This document shows positions 6,482 through 6,659 of a stretch of 6,659 bases of DNA, piece after piece. The notes under the pieces were generated by a model. The model saw only the letters and a program-made list of their open reading frames with translations, did not search any database and was not told where the DNA came from. This DNA comes from a virus (taxonomy: Duplodnaviria; Heunggongvirae; Uroviricota; Caudoviricetes). A program made the position numbers and the translations under genes. How positions within the stretch are numbered: the stretch's first letter is position 1; each line of letters begins with the position of its first letter. The DNA is taken from IMG/VR virus record IMGVR_UViG_2537562019_000020; one strand, written 5' to 3'.

Positions 6482-6626
6482 AAGAACACAAATAAAGAAC
6501 ACAAAAGCAAGGTAATGACAAAAGCATAGTAAAGAACACAAATAAAGAATTAAAGCCAATGTTAAATGAAAGAAGTCGCAGTCTGAGAACATTACACTAA
6601 AAGAGAACATTAATCAAGAACACAAC
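6482..6626. repeat. Cluster of short direct repeats of the AGAACA family in an AT-rich non-coding region
   Basis: Exact 18-bp direct repeat AAGAACACAAATAAAGAA at 6482-6499 and 6532-6549; further AAGAACACA copies at 6495-6503 and 6616-6624; GAGAACATTA at 6585-6594 and 6603-6612. Confidence 0.7.
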
Positions 6627-6641
6627 GGAACATAATTCCCC

Positions 6642-6659
6642 ATTATACGCGCGTATAAT
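6642..6659. other. Perfect palindrome ATTATACGCGCGTATAAT at the window edge; candidate protelomerase (TelN-type) telomere resolution site, or the edge of a hairpin telomere
   Basis: 18-bp self-complementary sequence centred at 6650/6651, truncated by the window end. The core TATACGCGCGTATA matches my recollection of the phage N15 telO core; the left flank (6623-6641) also resembles the N15 telRL left arm. Adjacent to sopA, as in N15-like plasmid-prophages. Confidence 0.55.

Noticed and set aside
6365-6610. 81-aa minus-strand ORF in the AT-rich region upstream of sopA
   Set aside because: Lies in repeat-rich, low-complexity AT-rich DNA; the translation is Cys/Phe/Leu-rich in a way typical of AT-rich non-coding sequence. 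The region is better explained as regulatory or telomere-proximal DNA. A small membrane peptide cannot be excluded without expression data.
6300-6659. Possible CRISPR array or F-type sopC tandem centromere
   Set aside because: The repeats are short (9-18 bp), irregularly spaced and few. There is no regular repeat-spacer periodicity and no 43-bp tandem units.

Overview
This window looks like part of a temperate phage or plasmid-prophage of the N15-like (hairpin-telomere) type from an enterobacterial host. All homology statements below come from reading the six-frame translations and from memory of the protein families; no database search was run.

Left half (1-3510): a Mu G / P1 C-type invertible tail-fibre host-range module. 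Two alternative fibre C-terminal segments (Sv, Sv') each carry their own assembly chaperone (U, U'). They sit head-to-head around a central terminator, are bracketed by 26-bp gix/cix-like crossover sites inside an inverted repeat of at least 152 bp, and are followed by an intact Gin/Cin/Pin/Hin-family serine DNA invertase.

Right half (4062-6659): an F-like sopA-sopB partition operon on the minus strand with a four-hexamer CTTTGC operator, then an AT-rich non-coding region with AGAACACA-type repeats. The window ends inside a perfect palindrome (ATTATACGCGCGTATAAT) that resembles a protelomerase target site.

Most unusual point: the inverted repeat extends at least 117 bp outside the crossover sites and copies the invertase RBS, start codon and first 17 codons onto the left flank. 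In-frame stop codons in that flank mean no upstream constant fibre domain can be fused to either variable segment in the sequence as given. Both window edges fall inside repeat structures, so an assembly artefact must be excluded.
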